A stretch of 32,000 nt of DNA from an uncultured Actinomycetes bacterium (GCA_963843975.1 CAWJMG010000003.1:2670001-2702000); one strand, 5' to 3'; positions 15,375 to 24,848 are shown, counted from the stretch's first letter. Notes: generated by a model not told the origin, from the letters alone. Numbers and translations: made by a program.

Positions 15375-15586
15375 GACCGGGCCTCCCGCGATGCGAACTG
15401 CGTCACTCCAACTTCGTCGCCCACCTGCCGCGACAGCCGGCTCGAGTCGCCGCCAGCAACACGTTCCTCGCGACCCGCGGCTGGCGCAGCGGCGGTAGCT
15501 GCGGCTGACAGTGCCGAGAAGGACGGGTCCGGTCCCTTGCGCGCAGCCCGCGGGGGTTCGTTCAGGAAGGGCCTGCAGAGTGGTGC

Positions 15587-16942
15587 TCAATCGCTGTGCC
15601 GGATCCGCTGCTGGCGCGTCGCCGGCAGGCCACTGGCGCCGTGCCCGCCTTGGCGCACGGCCAGGACCTGATGGACGGTGATGTTGCCGTGCTCGAAAGC
15701 CAGCGCGCACGCCGCCAGGTAGAGCAGCCACGTTCGCGCCCGCGGTTGGCCGACCAGCTCCACCGCCGTGTCCCAATGCTCACGTAGGTTGTTCACCCAG
15801 CACCGCAGCGTGCGACCGTAGTGTTCGCGGAGCGCCTCGACATCACGGACCTCCAGGCCAGCCTGCTCGAAGGCGTCGACGGTCACCGAGAGAGGCAGAA
15901 TATCTCCATCGGGGAAGATGTACCTGTCGATGAACCCGGGACCGGACTTAGACGAGGGCGGCAGCGACCGGACCGAGGCGATCGCGTGGTTGAGCAGCCT
16001 GCCCCCTGGCCGCAGTTGAGCCATGAGCGTCTGCGAGTAGCTGGTGAGGTGCGCGCGGCCGACGTGCTCGGACATGCCGATGCTCGAGATCGCGTCGTAC
16101 GGCCCGTCCGTGACGTCACGGTAGTCCTGCAACCTGATCACGACGCGGTCGTCGAGCCCTGCGTCGTGCACGCGATGCCGGGCCAGGTCCGCCTGCTCCT
16201 GGCTGAGCGTGACACCCACCACGCTCACCCCGCACTCCGTCGCGGCATGAATTGCGAGCGCTCCCCAGCCACAGCCGACGTCGAGCAGGCGCATGCCCGG
16301 GCGGAGCCCGAGCTTGGAGCAGACCAGGTCGAGCTTGTCTCGTTGGGCGTCGTCAAGGGTGTAGTCCCCTCCCTGGGCGTGGGTCCAGTACGCGCAGGAG
16401 TAGACCATGTCCGGGCCGAGGACCAGACGGTAGAAGTCGTTTCCGACGTCGTAGTGATGCGACACGGACGCGGAGTCTCGGGTCCTGCTGTGCAGGGGGC
16501 CACGGCGTCGGCGCAGCTCTTCCGGCGGCGGGGGCAGGGGCAGGCCGATCGCGCCAAGCCTCATGGCCGCGCGACCGGCCGAGAGCCGCTGGCGGGTGCT
16601 CAACCCGATGCCGTCGTGGTGCGCGACCCTGTCGATGACCTCGGGCAGGTCCAACACGGCGAAGATGTCACCGTCGAAGTCGAGTTCCCCCGACACGTAG
16701 GCACGTACGAGCCCGAGCTCGCTCGGTGCCCACACCAGCCGTCGCAATGCCCGTGGGTCGGCGATCACGACCGTCGCCGCGGCGTCGGGGTCCCCGGCCA
16801 CCGATCCGTCCCAGGCGCGGATCCGCAGTGGCACGGGCCCGCCGACGGCCGCCGCCAAAACCCGAGCAGTCTCCTCCGCGGCCGAGCGCACGGCTTGTGG
16901 GCCGAGCGCTGGGGGCTTGGCGGGGGTGCGTGATTGCCCCAT
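15587..16942 (-). CDS. Cyclopropane-fatty-acyl-phospholipid synthase (CMAS) family SAM-dependent methyltransferase
   Basis: Start moved to ATG 16942 (MGQSRTPAKP), preceded by GGAGGA. SAM motif LLDVGCGWGALAIHAA and CMAS-like flanks (YDVGNDFYRLVLGPDMVYSCAYW, DAISSIGMSEHVG). Confidence 0.87.
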   Translation of the reverse strand: MGQSRTPAKPPALGPQAVRSAAEETARVLAAAVGGPVPLRIRAWDGSVAGDPDAAATVVIADPRALRRLVWAPSELGLVRAYVSGELDFDGDIFAVLDLPEVIDRVAHHDGIGLSTRQRLSAGRAAMRLGAIGLPLPPPPEELRRRRGPLHSRTRDSASVSHHYDVGNDFYRLVLGPDMVYSCAYWTHAQGGDYTLDDAQRDKLDLVCSKLGLRPGMRLLDVGCGWGALAIHAATECGVSVVGVTLSQEQADLARHRVHDAGLDDRVVIRLQDYRDVTDGPYDAISSIGMSEHVGRAHLTSYSQTLMAQLRPGGRLLNHAIASVRSLPPSSKSGPGFIDRYIFPDGDILPLSVTVDAFEQAGLEVRDVEALREHYGRTLRCWVNNLREHWDTAVELVGQPRARTWLLYLAACALAFEHGNITVHQVLAVRQGGHGASGLPATRQQRIRHSD

Positions 16943-17184
16943 CGTGCGTCCTCCACTGTGAGGTAGTCGGTTCGACGGGGCAGCAAACTCCGCCGACGCC
17001 ATCTTCGTCGCCCCGGTGGAGGGCCAGCCGCCCACCGGTCGCGGACCGCGCCCTCCACCGCCCGCTTCCACAGCCTGAAGCTCGCTCGGGGCCGCTCGGG
17101 TCCCCGTCGTGCTCACTCGTGGTCGGGATTCGATCGTCGTCGCTGGCGCGACGCCGAGCACCTCCGCTCAGCGCCAGCCCCTGC

Positions 17185-17799
17185 TCAACCGCCAGCAGCG
17201 GCTGAGGTGCGCGCAGTCCCGCGCGGGAGGTGGTTGCGATGACCTACCTCGGCCACCCAGTGCCACCACGAGATCCGCTGCTCGAGCCAGTAGTCGACAC
17301 TGAACCGGGAGGGTCCCTGGTAGTACGCCAGGCAGAGAAGGAGAGCGAACACCAGCGCGTAGATGATGGCGGTACCGATGTCCTCGGCTCCCGAGGTGTA
17401 GGGGCCGCCGAAGCCCTCCGCTGTGCCCCAGATCAACAGGCTGAGGACGATGGCCCCGACATACGTGAGCTTCCGCGCGAAGCCGAGGATGACGGCCACT
17501 GCGATGCCCGTCTCGAGCACGGCTACGAGGTAGGCGAACAGCGCCGGGTACGGGTGCTGCAGGTTGATCCAGAAGGTGAACCAGGGCTCGAGCCAGACCG
17601 GCTGGTCCTGCGCCTGACCCATGATGGTGTCCATGTAGCCGTCGCGGAATCCCGGCAACCATTTCAGGACCGCGTCCACCAGCCAGATCAGACCAAAGGC
17701 GATACGGAAGACGGTCTTGGGCCACTGTCCATCGATCCTCGGTGCCGCAAGCGCGGGAGCGGATACCTTCGATTCTGCGTTCGCTCGCTGGTCGTGCAT
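17185..17799 (-). CDS. Integral membrane protein, DoxX-like (function uncertain)
   Basis: 204 aa with about four TMs. GGGAGGG upstream of ATG 17799. RIAFGLIWLVDAVLKWLPGF and later helices resemble DoxX-type proteins. The family call is tentative. Confidence 0.68.
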   Translation of the reverse strand: MHDQRANAESKVSAPALAAPRIDGQWPKTVFRIAFGLIWLVDAVLKWLPGFRDGYMDTIMGQAQDQPVWLEPWFTFWINLQHPYPALFAYLVAVLETGIAVAVILGFARKLTYVGAIVLSLLIWGTAEGFGGPYTSGAEDIGTAIIYALVFALLLCLAYYQGPSRFSVDYWLEQRISWWHWVAEVGHRNHLPRGTARTSAAAGG

Positions 17800-18000
17800 G
17801 GTGCCCTCCCTGACGCGGCACCAGCCTGGGATGCCGATGACGCCATGGTTTCAGCACGACCCGGTTCAATCGGTGTTCGACCGGTCAAGTTCCCATGTAG
17901 GTCAACGACTTGTCCGTGAATCGGGTTGCACCTCAGAGTTCTGCACTTCGTCGGTGGTCGACGACACGAGCGGGTGCCCATCGTGTGGCAACGCTGTGAC

Positions 18001-20091
18001 TCACTGCGACGCCGACGACGCGAGCCCGCACGCGCACGCCAGTCTCAGGGCCGTCTCCTTCGCCCGTTCCAGCTGCTCCGCAAGCGCGCGTCGCTGCGCC
18101 CAGGCGAGTTCGCGGCGACGCAGCGCCGGCTCGATCCGCCTCAGTTCCTCGTCGCTGACCGGAAGCGAGAAGGCGATCGAGACCATCTGGGCCAGATCCG
18201 CTCGGTAGTCGTGGCCGCGCGCCACGAAGGTTCCCGGTACGACATTCAGGGCATTGAGCATGTCGATGCCCGTCATCAGGAACGTCGTCAGGGGCCGCCA
18301 TCGCGTCGTCCTCGGTATCCCCGGTGGCCGGTGGGACTCCGGTCCCAGCCATGTCGGCTCCTGAACGAGGAGAGCGGCCTCGAAGCGAGTGACCGGGTCC
18401 TCGTGATGGGAGAGCAGGAAGAAGCGGTGACGATCACGGTCCTTCCCGTGTGCGGTCATCCACTCGGCGTGGGAAGCGACCTCAACGATCTCTCCAGCCG
18501 GGTCCTCCCGAGCCGGGGAAGCCCTCCACTGGCGTGCCCACTTGCTGGTTGCCGGCGTCCCGAGGAACAAGGCCCGGTCGATGCCGGCTCGGTGCAGGCC
18601 GCCCGTTCCCTCGCCGAGGAACGCGTCCTGGAGCGTATGTGCGCCGAGTGACTCTCCGAAGCCGACGAGGCGGGGACGCAAGCCGTCGGGTATTGCGGCT
18701 AGACGCCACCTCAATGCGTGCAGGAGTGCCCGGTTCTGCTCTCGCCCGATTGAGACTCGGTCGATCGACAGGAAGGACGGGCGTAGCGAGTACTGCAAGG
18801 CCACCGTGGCGCAGTCACCTCTCGTGAGGTGCTCAAGGGTCTCGACTGCGACGTAGTTGACGTAGCCGCTGCCCGTGGGCGATGCGAGGCAGATCACGGA
18901 GCGCTGGAAGGCTCCGAGCTTCTCGAGGTCCGCCATCACAAGGTCCACGCGGGCATCGACCGTGGCTGCCGAGGCCACCCCCGCGTAGGCACGCACGGGC
19001 ACGGTGACCTGGTCGAGCGGCGATCCCGTGGTCGCCGCGATCTCTTGCCTTGACAGGGCCATGTTGACGAATCGGACCCCCTCACGCGACAGCGTCCGCC
19101 AGCCGATCGACGAGGACGGCCCACCGCTGACCGATTCGCTCTCGGGGCAGGTCGCATAGGCTGCCTCAACGCCCGCGCCGAAGAACTCTGCCCTGCGGGT
19201 GGCAACCCTGAGTCCGGTCAGCAGCATGGCGCCAACTGCGGCCAACGAGACGGCTCGGCCCACCAGCCCCGCGACCGCCCCGTCGTCGCCCACGACGGGC
19301 CGCACCCATAGGGCCACCCGGCGCGCGAGGAGCGCGTCCGCGGCCGCGACGCCTTCCAGGCACAGCGCGACGGCCGTACCGAGAGCGACAGATCTGGCTA
19401 TCGGCGGCAAGGGGTCCAGCCTTGGCCCCTCCGTGGCGCGAGCAGGGTCAGGGCGACTGGCCACAGGGTCGGTCGGCGGCGGCAGAGCCCCCGGGTCCTG
19501 GACTCGATGGGCCATCGCGATCGACCGGCTCGCTAACGCGACGCCGAGGAGTCGGGCGCTGCTTGCCGCAACGGCGCGCAACGTGGGGCCGGCATGAACG
19601 CGGCGTGTCGCGCACCGGGCGGCGCTGTCTGCAGCTTCGACCACGAGTCTGGCGACGCCCACCTGCACGACCCGGTGACCAACCGTGCGGGCGACGGCCC
19701 GACGCAAGGACTCACCCGGCCGGTCGGCCGCCAGCAGGTGCAGAGTGACACCAGAACCCATGAGGGCCGCCGTCGCGATGGCTCGCGTTCCGGGCCCTGT
19801 GGACGAGGCGTCACGTGTCCTGGTCACAGCGCGGACGACCGCGGTCGCCGCATACTGCGACGCCAGGACCAGTCCGTACTCGGTAGCCCCGACGACGCCG
19901 ATCAGCAGCGCCTGATCCTTCATGCGGCGAGGCATCAGACCGAGGGAGAAACTCGAGCCTACCGCCGCGGTGGCCACCAGCACCGCCGTGCGTCCAGCCG
20001 TGTCTCCCCCGGTCAGGTGGCGCACAGCGACCTGGCGCAGCTTGCGCCGATCTACCATGGGGACCACCGTGCGCTCGAACGAGGCTGCCAC
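18001..20091 (-). CDS. Membrane-anchored alpha/beta-hydrolase family protein (N-terminal multi-TM domain plus C-terminal hydrolase domain)
   Basis: 696 aa. The N-terminal ~300 aa has several TMs (SFSLGLMPRRMKDQALLIGVVG...). The C-terminal domain has VICLASPTGSGYVNYVAVETLEH and a nucleophile-elbow-like GFGESLGAH. Start could instead be M12 (20058). Confidence 0.72.
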   Translation of the reverse strand: MAASFERTVVPMVDRRKLRQVAVRHLTGGDTAGRTAVLVATAAVGSSFSLGLMPRRMKDQALLIGVVGATEYGLVLASQYAATAVVRAVTRTRDASSTGPGTRAIATAALMGSGVTLHLLAADRPGESLRRAVARTVGHRVVQVGVARLVVEAADSAARCATRRVHAGPTLRAVAASSARLLGVALASRSIAMAHRVQDPGALPPPTDPVASRPDPARATEGPRLDPLPPIARSVALGTAVALCLEGVAAADALLARRVALWVRPVVGDDGAVAGLVGRAVSLAAVGAMLLTGLRVATRRAEFFGAGVEAAYATCPESESVSGGPSSSIGWRTLSREGVRFVNMALSRQEIAATTGSPLDQVTVPVRAYAGVASAATVDARVDLVMADLEKLGAFQRSVICLASPTGSGYVNYVAVETLEHLTRGDCATVALQYSLRPSFLSIDRVSIGREQNRALLHALRWRLAAIPDGLRPRLVGFGESLGAHTLQDAFLGEGTGGLHRAGIDRALFLGTPATSKWARQWRASPAREDPAGEIVEVASHAEWMTAHGKDRDRHRFFLLSHHEDPVTRFEAALLVQEPTWLGPESHRPPGIPRTTRWRPLTTFLMTGIDMLNALNVVPGTFVARGHDYRADLAQMVSIAFSLPVSDEELRRIEPALRRRELAWAQRRALAEQLERAKETALRLACACGLASSASQ

Positions 20092-20248
20092 CCAACTGAA
20101 CGGCGATCCATGGTCCGGCTGTGGCCGCTACCCTGCCGTGCCGGCCCGGGGCACGACGCACGACTGCCAGGCTCCGAGACGACCGTGACCGGGGAGGCTG
20201 TCATGCTCCCAATGTTGAGCGTGGAGGCCTCAGGTCTGCCGGAGATCC

Positions 20249-20270
20249 GGTGAAGGTCCCGTGAAGCCCC
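20249..20270 (+). promoter_or_regulatory. Candidate response-regulator operator: tandem GGTGAAGGTCC CGTGAAGCCCC
   Basis: 11-bp register, 158 bp upstream of the hydrolase start (20091), inside the 525-bp gap downstream of the ATPase. Confidence 0.4.
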
Positions 20271-20572
20271 GGCGAGCCTTCTCCACGCCGGCCCCAAGAT
20301 CGTGGACGCACGCGTGCATGGAGCCACCGTTCCTCCGATCGCGCGGATCGGCGTCGACAGCGGGAATGGTGCCTACCCCTCGGAGACCGGACAGGTGGCT
20401 GACCGGGATGACGCGACCGGGTTCTCCTGTGCGGTCTCGGCGCTGCGGAAGTGAGGGGGAGCCTGGCCTCGGACCGGGGAACATGCGCGCGGCGGCGCAT
20501 GCGGACTGTTGCCGACGACGAACGTGAGCTGCGGGTTCCACTGGCGAGTGGTCGCTCTGTGATTCCCGGGGC

Positions 20573-20591
20573 GGACGGCTCAGCACCGTCC
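20573..20591 (-). terminator. Possible stem-loop downstream of the ATPase gene
   Basis: GGACGG-N7-CCGTCC, 26-44 nt after the ATPase stop (20617-20619). Short stem, no U-tract. A second palindrome, CATGCGC-N6-GCGCATG, lies at 20482-20501. Confidence 0.25.
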
Positions 20592-20616
20592 GGACGGCAA
20601 CGCTCCCCAGCGTCGG

Positions 20617-23604
20617 CTACACCTCGGCGCTCACCCGGTCGAGATACGTGTCGCGGCATGAAGTGGAGCAGAAGTAGTTGGTCGCGCCGTCCGCGTCGGC
20701 GGCGGACACGGCGCTACTCCGGGCCACGACCATGCCGCAGACGGGGTCCACGGCCTCGAGGGGGACAAGTCCTTCGCGTTGCGTGGTTTCGGCGGCGCGG
20801 CCACCGACCTCGACGAGTGGCTCGACGTCTCCGCGCGGGAGCAGCTCACCAAAGGCGGCTGGCTTGAACCTGCGCAGCCGGTTCGCGTTGGCGACCACGG
20901 ACAGCGAGGAGAGTGCCATCGCTGCGGCCGCGATGACGGGGCTGAGTCTCAGCCCGAATGCGGGGTAGAGCACGCCTGCAGCGATGGGAATGCCGAGGCC
21001 GTTGTAGATGAATGCGAACACCAGGTTTTGGCGAATGTTGCGCATCGTCGCCCGGGACAGGTCGATAGCTGTGACAAGCCCCGACAGCGCACCGGAGATG
21101 AGCGTGATGTCCGAGGACTCGATGGCTACGTCCGTCCCGGTCCCAATGGCTGATCCCACGTCGGCCTGGGCCAGGGCTGGGGCGTCGTTGATACCGTCGC
21201 CGACCATCCCCACGACGCGGCCCTCGCCTTGCAACCGCAGCACCTCGGCGGCCTTGTGCTCGGGGAGCACCTCGGCCACGACACGTGTGATGCCGACCTG
21301 CCGAGCGATGGCTGCCGCGGTGATCCTGTTGTCCCCGGTCATCATGACCACGTCGATGCCGCGGGAGGCCAAGGCAGCTACGGCGGCCGCAGACCCCTCC
21401 TTAATGGTGTCCGCCACAGCAATGACACCAGCGGCATGGCCGTCGACGGCTACCAGCATGGGGGTCTTACCATCGCCAGCGAGCTGCTCGGCGACGGCGA
21501 ACAGCCCGTCCGCATCAACACCCAGGCTGCTCAGCAGCCGCTCGTTCCCGACCGCCACCGATCGGCCACGAACGGTCGCTGTGATGCCTTGCCCTGTGAT
21601 CGACTCGAAGTCCACGGGCTCGGCGAGCTTGGCCCCCGTCTCCCGTGCCCCGTCCACGATCGCGGCAGCCAGCGGGTGCTCGGACAGCGTCTCGGCGCTG
21701 GCGACAAGGGCGAGGAGGTCGTCCTCGCCCACAGAGGACGTCGCAACAACGTCAGTGAGGGCTGGCTTGCCCTTGGTGATGGTGCCCGTCTTGTCCAGGA
21801 CCACCGTGTCCAGCTTGTGTGCTGTCTCGAGCGCCTCAGCGGAGCGGATCAGGATCCCCGACGTCGCGCCCTTGCCGGTGCCGACGGTGATCGAAAGCGG
21901 CGTTGCGAGGCCAAGCGCGCAGGGGCAGGCGATGATCAGCACGGACACGGCCGCGACCAGCGCGAAGATGAATGCGGGCGGTGGGCCGAACAGCGCCCAG
22001 GCAACGAAGGTCCAGATCGCGATCCCCATCACTGCAGGGACGAAGTAGCCGGAAACGGTGTCGACGAGCCGCTGGATCGGGGCCTTGGAGCCCTGCGCCT
22101 CACGCACGAGCTTGATGATCTGGGCCAGCATCGTCTCAGCGCCGACCTTGGTCGCCTCGTAGCGGAAGGATCCGGTCTGGTTGATCGTTGCCCCGATGAC
22201 CTGATCACCGATCGCCTTCGTGACCGGGATTGGTTCTCCGGTCACCATGGATTCGTCGACGGACGAGGTGCCGACGACGACGAGACCGTCGACGGGCAGC
22301 TTCTCTCCGGGCCGCACCACCACCACGTCGCCTAGGGCGACGTCCTCGATCGGGATCTCGACCTCGCCGCCCGCTCTGAGCACGCGTGCGGTCTTGGCCT
22401 GCAGCCCGATCAGCGCCCGAATTGCCTCGCCGGTGCCGGCCTTGGCCTTGGTCTCCAGCAGGCGCCCCAGCAGGATGAGGGTGATGATCACACCGACGGC
22501 CTCGAAATAGACCTGCTGGACGTCCAGCGGCAGCAAGGATGGCGCCACGGTGACGACGACGCTATACCCGAAGGCTGCAATCGTCCCGAGGGTAATGAGA
22601 CTGTTCATCTCCGCCGTTCGGTGCGACAGCGCTAGCCAGCCGGTCCGGTGGATCGGCCACCCCGTGTAGAACATGACCGGCGCGATGAGGGCGAACTGCA
22701 CCCAACGGTTCATCAGCAGGTCGGGCATCCAGTCGACGCCGAAGAACTCGGTGAACATGACCGCGAAAAGCACGGGGGCAGTCAAGATCGCACCCCAGGT
22801 GACCCGCTTGCGCAGGTCGGAGATCTCAGCCCGTCGCTCGGCCGCTTCCGCGTCGCTGCTGTCGTGGGCGCCTAGGTCTGCAAGGGGACCATCGTTCAGG
22901 TGAGCACCCGAGTCACTCGTCGGCGCGACGCTCACGACCAGGGTTCCGTGCAGCATCCCCATGCCGCAGCTCATCCGGTAGCTACCCTCGGCCAGTTCCG
23001 GCAGCTCGAGCCGTGTGGTCGCGAACGGCTCCAGCACGACGTCGATACCGAGGTCGGGGATAACGAGACGCTCGGAGCACGGCGAGTCCTCCTGCCGGTC
23101 CACCACCAACGTGGTGGAACGCCCCGCTTCGATCGTCACCGCGGCCGGGTGGTACCCGGATCGGACGACCAGCGTCCCTGAAGCGGGGGTGTCCCGCGGC
23201 ATGGACACGGCCGTGGGCAGCGCGTCGTCTGGCTCGACGACCACGAGGCGCCCGTGCAGCATGTTCATGCCGCACGCGAACCCGAACTCGCCCTCTGCCT
23301 CCGGCGTGAACTCCACAACGGTCACCGCTCCCGCCGGCAAGCCCTGGTTGATCTTGAAGTCAGGAAAGACCACGCGGGACGAGCAGTCACCCGACTCCTG
23401 CCGGTCGAACGCGATCCGTACCGGGACACCGCGAACTACCTGCACGACATCAGGGCTATATCCGCCCTTGACGGTGACCGTGACGTTCTGGACACCGTCC
23501 TCGACCACGGCTGCTCGCCGCTTCTTCGGACCGAAGAAGTAGAAGCCCAGCAGTGCGGTCAGGACCGCCGCTACGAGCACGACGAGGATGTCGGTGCTGT
23601 TCAT
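20617..23604 (-). CDS. Copper-translocating P1B-type ATPase with N-terminal TM plus two cupredoxin-like domains and a C-terminal YHS/TRASH domain
   Basis: 995 aa from ATG 23604 (ATGA overlap with the copZ-like stop). Core motifs: CPC ([13 protein letters not shown]), [15 protein letters not shown] (FIYNGLG), MALSS. N-terminus: TM, KKRR, then two repeats ending [14 protein letters not shown] and [15 protein letters not shown]-terminus: DPVCGMVV...[13 protein letters not shown]. No MxCxxC HMA domain. Confidence 0.93.
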   Translation of the reverse strand: MNSTDILVVLVAAVLTALLGFYFFGPKKRRAAVVEDGVQNVTVTVKGGYSPDVVQVVRGVPVRIAFDRQESGDCSSRVVFPDFKINQGLPAGAVTVVEFTPEAEGEFGFACGMNMLHGRLVVVEPDDALPTAVSMPRDTPASGTLVVRSGYHPAAVTIEAGRSTTLVVDRQEDSPCSERLVIPDLGIDVVLEPFATTRLELPELAEGSYRMSCGMGMLHGTLVVSVAPTSDSGAHLNDGPLADLGAHDSSDAEAAERRAEISDLRKRVTWGAILTAPVLFAVMFTEFFGVDWMPDLLMNRWVQFALIAPVMFYTGWPIHRTGWLALSHRTAEMNSLITLGTIAAFGYSVVVTVAPSLLPLDVQQVYFEAVGVIITLILLGRLLETKAKAGTGEAIRALIGLQAKTARVLRAGGEVEIPIEDVALGDVVVVRPGEKLPVDGLVVVGTSSVDESMVTGEPIPVTKAIGDQVIGATINQTGSFRYEATKVGAETMLAQIIKLVREAQGSKAPIQRLVDTVSGYFVPAVMGIAIWTFVAWALFGPPPAFIFALVAAVSVLIIACPCALGLATPLSITVGTGKGATSGILIRSAEALETAHKLDTVVLDKTGTITKGKPALTDVVATSSVGEDDLLALVASAETLSEHPLAAAIVDGARETGAKLAEPVDFESITGQGITATVRGRSVAVGNERLLSSLGVDADGLFAVAEQLAGDGKTPMLVAVDGHAAGVIAVADTIKEGSAAAVAALASRGIDVVMMTGDNRITAAAIARQVGITRVVAEVLPEHKAAEVLRLQGEGRVVGMVGDGINDAPALAQADVGSAIGTGTDVAIESSDITLISGALSGLVTAIDLSRATMRNIRQNLVFAFIYNGLGIPIAAGVLYPAFGLRLSPVIAAAAMALSSLSVVANANRLRRFKPAAFGELLPRGDVEPLVEVGGRAAETTQREGLVPLEAVDPVCGMVVARSSAVSAADADGATNYFCSTSCRDTYLDRVSAEV

Positions 23605-23864
23605 CGTTCGCTCCGATCTGCCGGGTTCGCGCTCGAGGACTCTTCCTCGGGACACACGTCGAACCCGGCTCCGTGCAGGGCTTCGGATACGAGCTCGGGC
23701 GCGACTGTTGCCGAGGACGTCACCGCGACCAACGAGTGCCCCGCGTGCATCGCCCCGACGGTCACGCGAGTGACACCTGGGACTTCGATGAGCGCGTCGA
23801 GGACGAACCCGATGCAGATGGGACAGTGCAGCCCGGAGACGTCCAGGTTCGCGGTCCTCACCAT
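23601..23864 (-). CDS. Heavy-metal-associated (HMA) domain copper chaperone, CopZ-like
   Basis: 87 aa from ATG 23864 inside track ORF 23601-24236. Ferredoxin-like HMA pattern with the variant site [15 protein letters not shown]. Acidic C-terminal tail. Confidence 0.85.
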   Translation of the reverse strand: MVRTANLDVSGLHCPICIGFVLDALIEVPGVTRVTVGAMHAGHSLVAVTSSATVAPELVSEALHGAGFDVCPEEESSSANPADRSER

Positions 23865-23896
23865 CGGTCTGCCCTTCCCTGTGGACCTGATCGGCC

Positions 23897-23920
23897 CTGC
23901 ACGTTGTTCAACATGTGCAG
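23897..23920. promoter_or_regulatory. Imperfect palindrome upstream of the copZ-ATPase operon
   Basis: CTGCACGTTG-TT-CAACATGTGCAG, with outer 6-bp arms CTGCAC/GTGCAG perfect. It lies 33-56 bp upstream of the copZ-like start, between that start and the TGAAG boxes. Confidence 0.25.
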
Positions 23921-23944
23921 CCTGTCGCGTGCTTCCGTCAAGTG

Positions 23945-23966
23945 GCTGAAGGTTCGATGAAGAGTC
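23945..23966 (+). promoter_or_regulatory. Candidate response-regulator operator: tandem GCTGAAGGTTC GATGAAGAGTC
   Basis: 11-bp register, 81 bp upstream of the copZ-like start (23864) and 49 bp upstream of candidate small ORF GTG 24015. It shares the 14-mer TGAAGGTTCGATGA with the 9657-9678 site. Confidence 0.5.
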
Positions 23967-24014
23967 GGCGCGCGGGCGGTATCCAAGGTCGGCCCGGGTG
24001 CCTACTCTGGTCTC

Positions 24015-24179
24015 GTGGAATTCGTGCTTGGTGGCCTTGTCCTCGCCTTTCTGGTGTTCGTCATCGTCGGTGGACTCACGGGCCGGGTGAAGACTCAGTC
24101 GTGCTGCTCCACGTCGGCCGCCGACCCACGTCGGGATCTCCGGATGGCCGCCGCCTTCGAGGACGAGCCGGCGCCCTAA
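24015..24179 (+). CDS. Candidate unannotated small membrane protein (54 aa, one TM plus vicinal Cys pair)
   Basis: GTG 24015 to TAA 24177-24179: VEFVLGGLVLAFLVFVIVGGLTGRVKTQSCCSTSAADPRRDLRMAAAFEDEPAP. A 20-residue hydrophobic helix is unusual for a chance ORF in GC-rich DNA. GC3 is about 80% by hand count. No clear SD sequence, and it is below the track length cutoff. Confidence 0.3.
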   Translation: MEFVLGGLVLAFLVFVIVGGLTGRVKTQSCCSTSAADPRRDLRMAAAFEDEPAP

Positions 24180-24439
24180 GGATTCTGTGCCTGACGCAGG
24201 CACGCCCTCGCGGTGCCAAGGCCCTGGGTCACGCAACGGGCTGCTCTTTGCCCGTTGCGCTCACCTCTGGCGACGGCCTCTGGGCGTGCTCGGACCTCAG
24301 CCTCAACGTGCCGCGAAGAGTCTCATCGATTTCAGCTGGGCTGTTTCTCAGGCGCGGCCATCCCCGTCAGAGTGCCCCGGCCGACGTGGAGCAGACGGCT
24401 GTTGCCGGCCCTGGGCTGGACGCGACCACACCCCGCTTC

Positions 24440-24457
24440 CCTTGACCGAACCTTCAT
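24440..24457 (-). promoter_or_regulatory. Candidate response-regulator operator: CCTTGAC-N4-CCTTCAT
   Basis: Two boxes in 11-bp register, ending 80 bp upstream of the DUF2933 gene start (24537). Confidence 0.4.
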
Positions 24458-24536
24458 CGCCCAAACGCCTGAACAACATCGGCGCGGAGCATCGTGTGAG
24501 ACGTCAGCAAGCAGTCCTAGCATCGAGGAGCGCGCC

Positions 24537-24848
24537 ATGACGCACAGCAGCCACATCAAGTACATGATCATCGCTGGGGCCGTCGCGCTCGCCGGTTTGT
24601 GGGCCTTCGGCGTACCGCTAGGCCGCGCGCTCCCATACGCGATCCTGCTGGCCTGCCCGCTGATGATGGTGTTCATGATGCGTGGCATGGACCACGGCGG
24701 GCACGGCGGAGCCAGCCATGCACCCTCCGAGACGGACACCGCCGGACACCAGCATCACGACCGATCGACCACCAACCCCGTCGACGCCCCAACGCCGACC
24801 TTGGCGGGCGACCAGATCACCGGCATCGACAAGGAATACCGACGCTGA
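24537..24848 (+). CDS. DUF2933 domain-containing small membrane protein, His-rich tail
   Basis: 103 aa from ATG 24537 (GAGGAG 7 nt upstream) inside track ORF 24213-24848. Two TMs with LLACPLMMVFMMRGMDHGGHGG, typical of DUF2933. Tail contains HQHHD. Confidence 0.75.
   Translation: MTHSSHIKYMIIAGAVALAGLWAFGVPLGRALPYAILLACPLMMVFMMRGMDHGGHGGASHAPSETDTAGHQHHDRSTTNPVDAPTPTLAGDQITGIDKEYRR

Noticed and set aside
15821-16933. 370-aa plus-strand ORF antisense to the Cfa-family gene; similar long ORFs at 21008-22048 and 21229-22335 antisense to the ATPase; alternative frame 2427-3536 over ccsB
   Set aside because: All lack recognisable motifs, are Arg/Pro/Gly-rich, and overlap genes with strong family signatures.
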